Assembly: GCA_951406725.2 (NCBI GenBank)
Contig: OX597815.1
Coordinates: 73,346,001-73,410,000, forward strand
DNA: 64,000 nucleotides
From: Octopus vulgaris
Lineage: Eukaryota
Direction of reading: 5' to 3'
A program made the translations under genes and the position numbers. Positions 62,838 through 64,000 of the stretch are shown piece by piece (within the stretch, counting starts at the first letter, position 1; every line of letters begins with the position of its first letter). The notes under the pieces were generated by a model. The model had not been told where the DNA came from. It did no database searches and saw only the letters and a list, made by a program, of their open reading frames with translations.

Positions 62838-63378
62838 TTTTTCCTTGTAAGTTTGGATTTTATTCCCTCAAATAATAATTATTATATATATATATACACA
62901 GATACATGCACACACACACACACACACTCACACATACATAATGATAGGTGATCTACATTTGTAGTCTGTGTTTTTTTAACTGAAATCTTTCTCTAACCCA
63001 TTATCTATACTAGTTTAGTGAATCAAGTGATGAAGTAAGCATTTAACTCTTCGTTACAACAGTTTTCAGAACTTTTCCAGGTTGTTGCAAATAGATCCTT
63101 GCTCTGAAATACTAGGTCTTTAATAAGCTGAAGATGTCAGCATTCATATAAATAGAAACCAATTCCTTAATAAAAATCTCATTCCTAAATATTATAAATG
63201 ACTCTTCAGTAATTGTATCTTCCTGAAATTTATTTCTCAAACTGCTTGAGAAAGAAGCAACCATATTTACCTTGGCAGCATTATGAAGACAAATTGCTGA
63301 AACTAATATTAATGTAAAACAGTTTCTTTCAGTGAAAGATGTTTCCAGAAATGAGATAAGCTCTACTGCAATACCTAC

Positions 63379-63431
63379 CTTTTCAAATCATCCTTCAACT
63401 TATAAATAGTATTCTGGAGGTCAGAGATAGT
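63379..63431 (-). CDS. CEP112: CEP112-like coiled-coil protein, internal exon (TISDLQNTIYKLKDDLK + AG)
   Basis: Minus strand: ttttatattttAG acceptor and GTaggt donor. 53 nt, phase 0 to phase 2; the trailing AG joins the first A of the 45833 exon to make Arg. Resembles the vertebrate CEP112 segment IIAELQTTISSLKEEN as recalled. Confidence 0.82.
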
Positions 63432-64000
63432 CTAAAATATAAAAACGAGAAATGGGTTTCAATAAATAAAGCAAGACAAAAGACAGACAATAGAGCAAAA
63501 AAGAAAAAAAAAAGAACTTGTAGAACAATGCCTAAAAAGAAAAAAAAAAGAAAAGTTCAGTTCATGATAGAATAATATGATAAGAATGTTTTTATGTGGA
63601 AATGTTTATGATTCCTGTATAATAGTCTGTGATGAAGTTAAGTCTTATATTTATAAAGAAAATATATTTGCAGTGTTTTCCATTATACAAAAATATGCAT
63701 GTGATAGGTATATCTATCAATATGTGTGTGTGCAAACACACAGTGGTAGGTATATATGTATATATACATATATATCAATGTGTGTGTATAAGAACATAAT
63801 GGTAGCTGTATCTATATCAATATATGAGCATAAGCACATTGATCTATCTAAGTGTGTGTGTATGTGTGTGTGCGTGTGCACAAACACACATCAAAAGGAT
63901 ATATAATGAGATCATGTGCATATGAAATCAAAGATGATGTTTTTTGTTATTCAAATTGATGGTCGTCTACTATTATACATTTATATATATATATATATAT

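Overview
AT-rich, microsatellite- and transposon-dense eukaryotic DNA. The repeat content (RTE LINEs with (CAT)n tails, several tRNA-derived SINE families, mariners, Helitrons, TTAA MITEs) looks like a coleoid cephalopod, probably Octopus; this is inferred, not proven. The window holds the 3' end of a minus-strand CEP112-like centrosomal coiled-coil gene: five exons (63379-63431, 45737-45833, 41608-41697, 40211-40276, 11008-11166) that splice in frame with matching phases. The ORF track captures only one of them (45737-45833), and only by chance. Almost everything else is intronic or downstream mobile DNA. The most interesting non-genic signal is a truncated Penelope-like retroelement (about 57188-58180) carrying a GIY-YIG C-terminus, a four-fold CCAAT+CRE repeat before a TATA box, a splice donor and a minimal hammerhead-ribozyme-like motif with a U3:A8 core. 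Decayed hammerhead-like motifs also occur at about 7403 and in a foldback element at 38.3 kb. Other points are RTE LINEs with a PHD-like finger inside the RT region, Helitrons with intact termini, several long palindromes and modular SINEs. There is no CRISPR array or prokaryotic system. Most supplied ORFs are repeat artefacts. All homology calls come from motif recognition, not from database searches.
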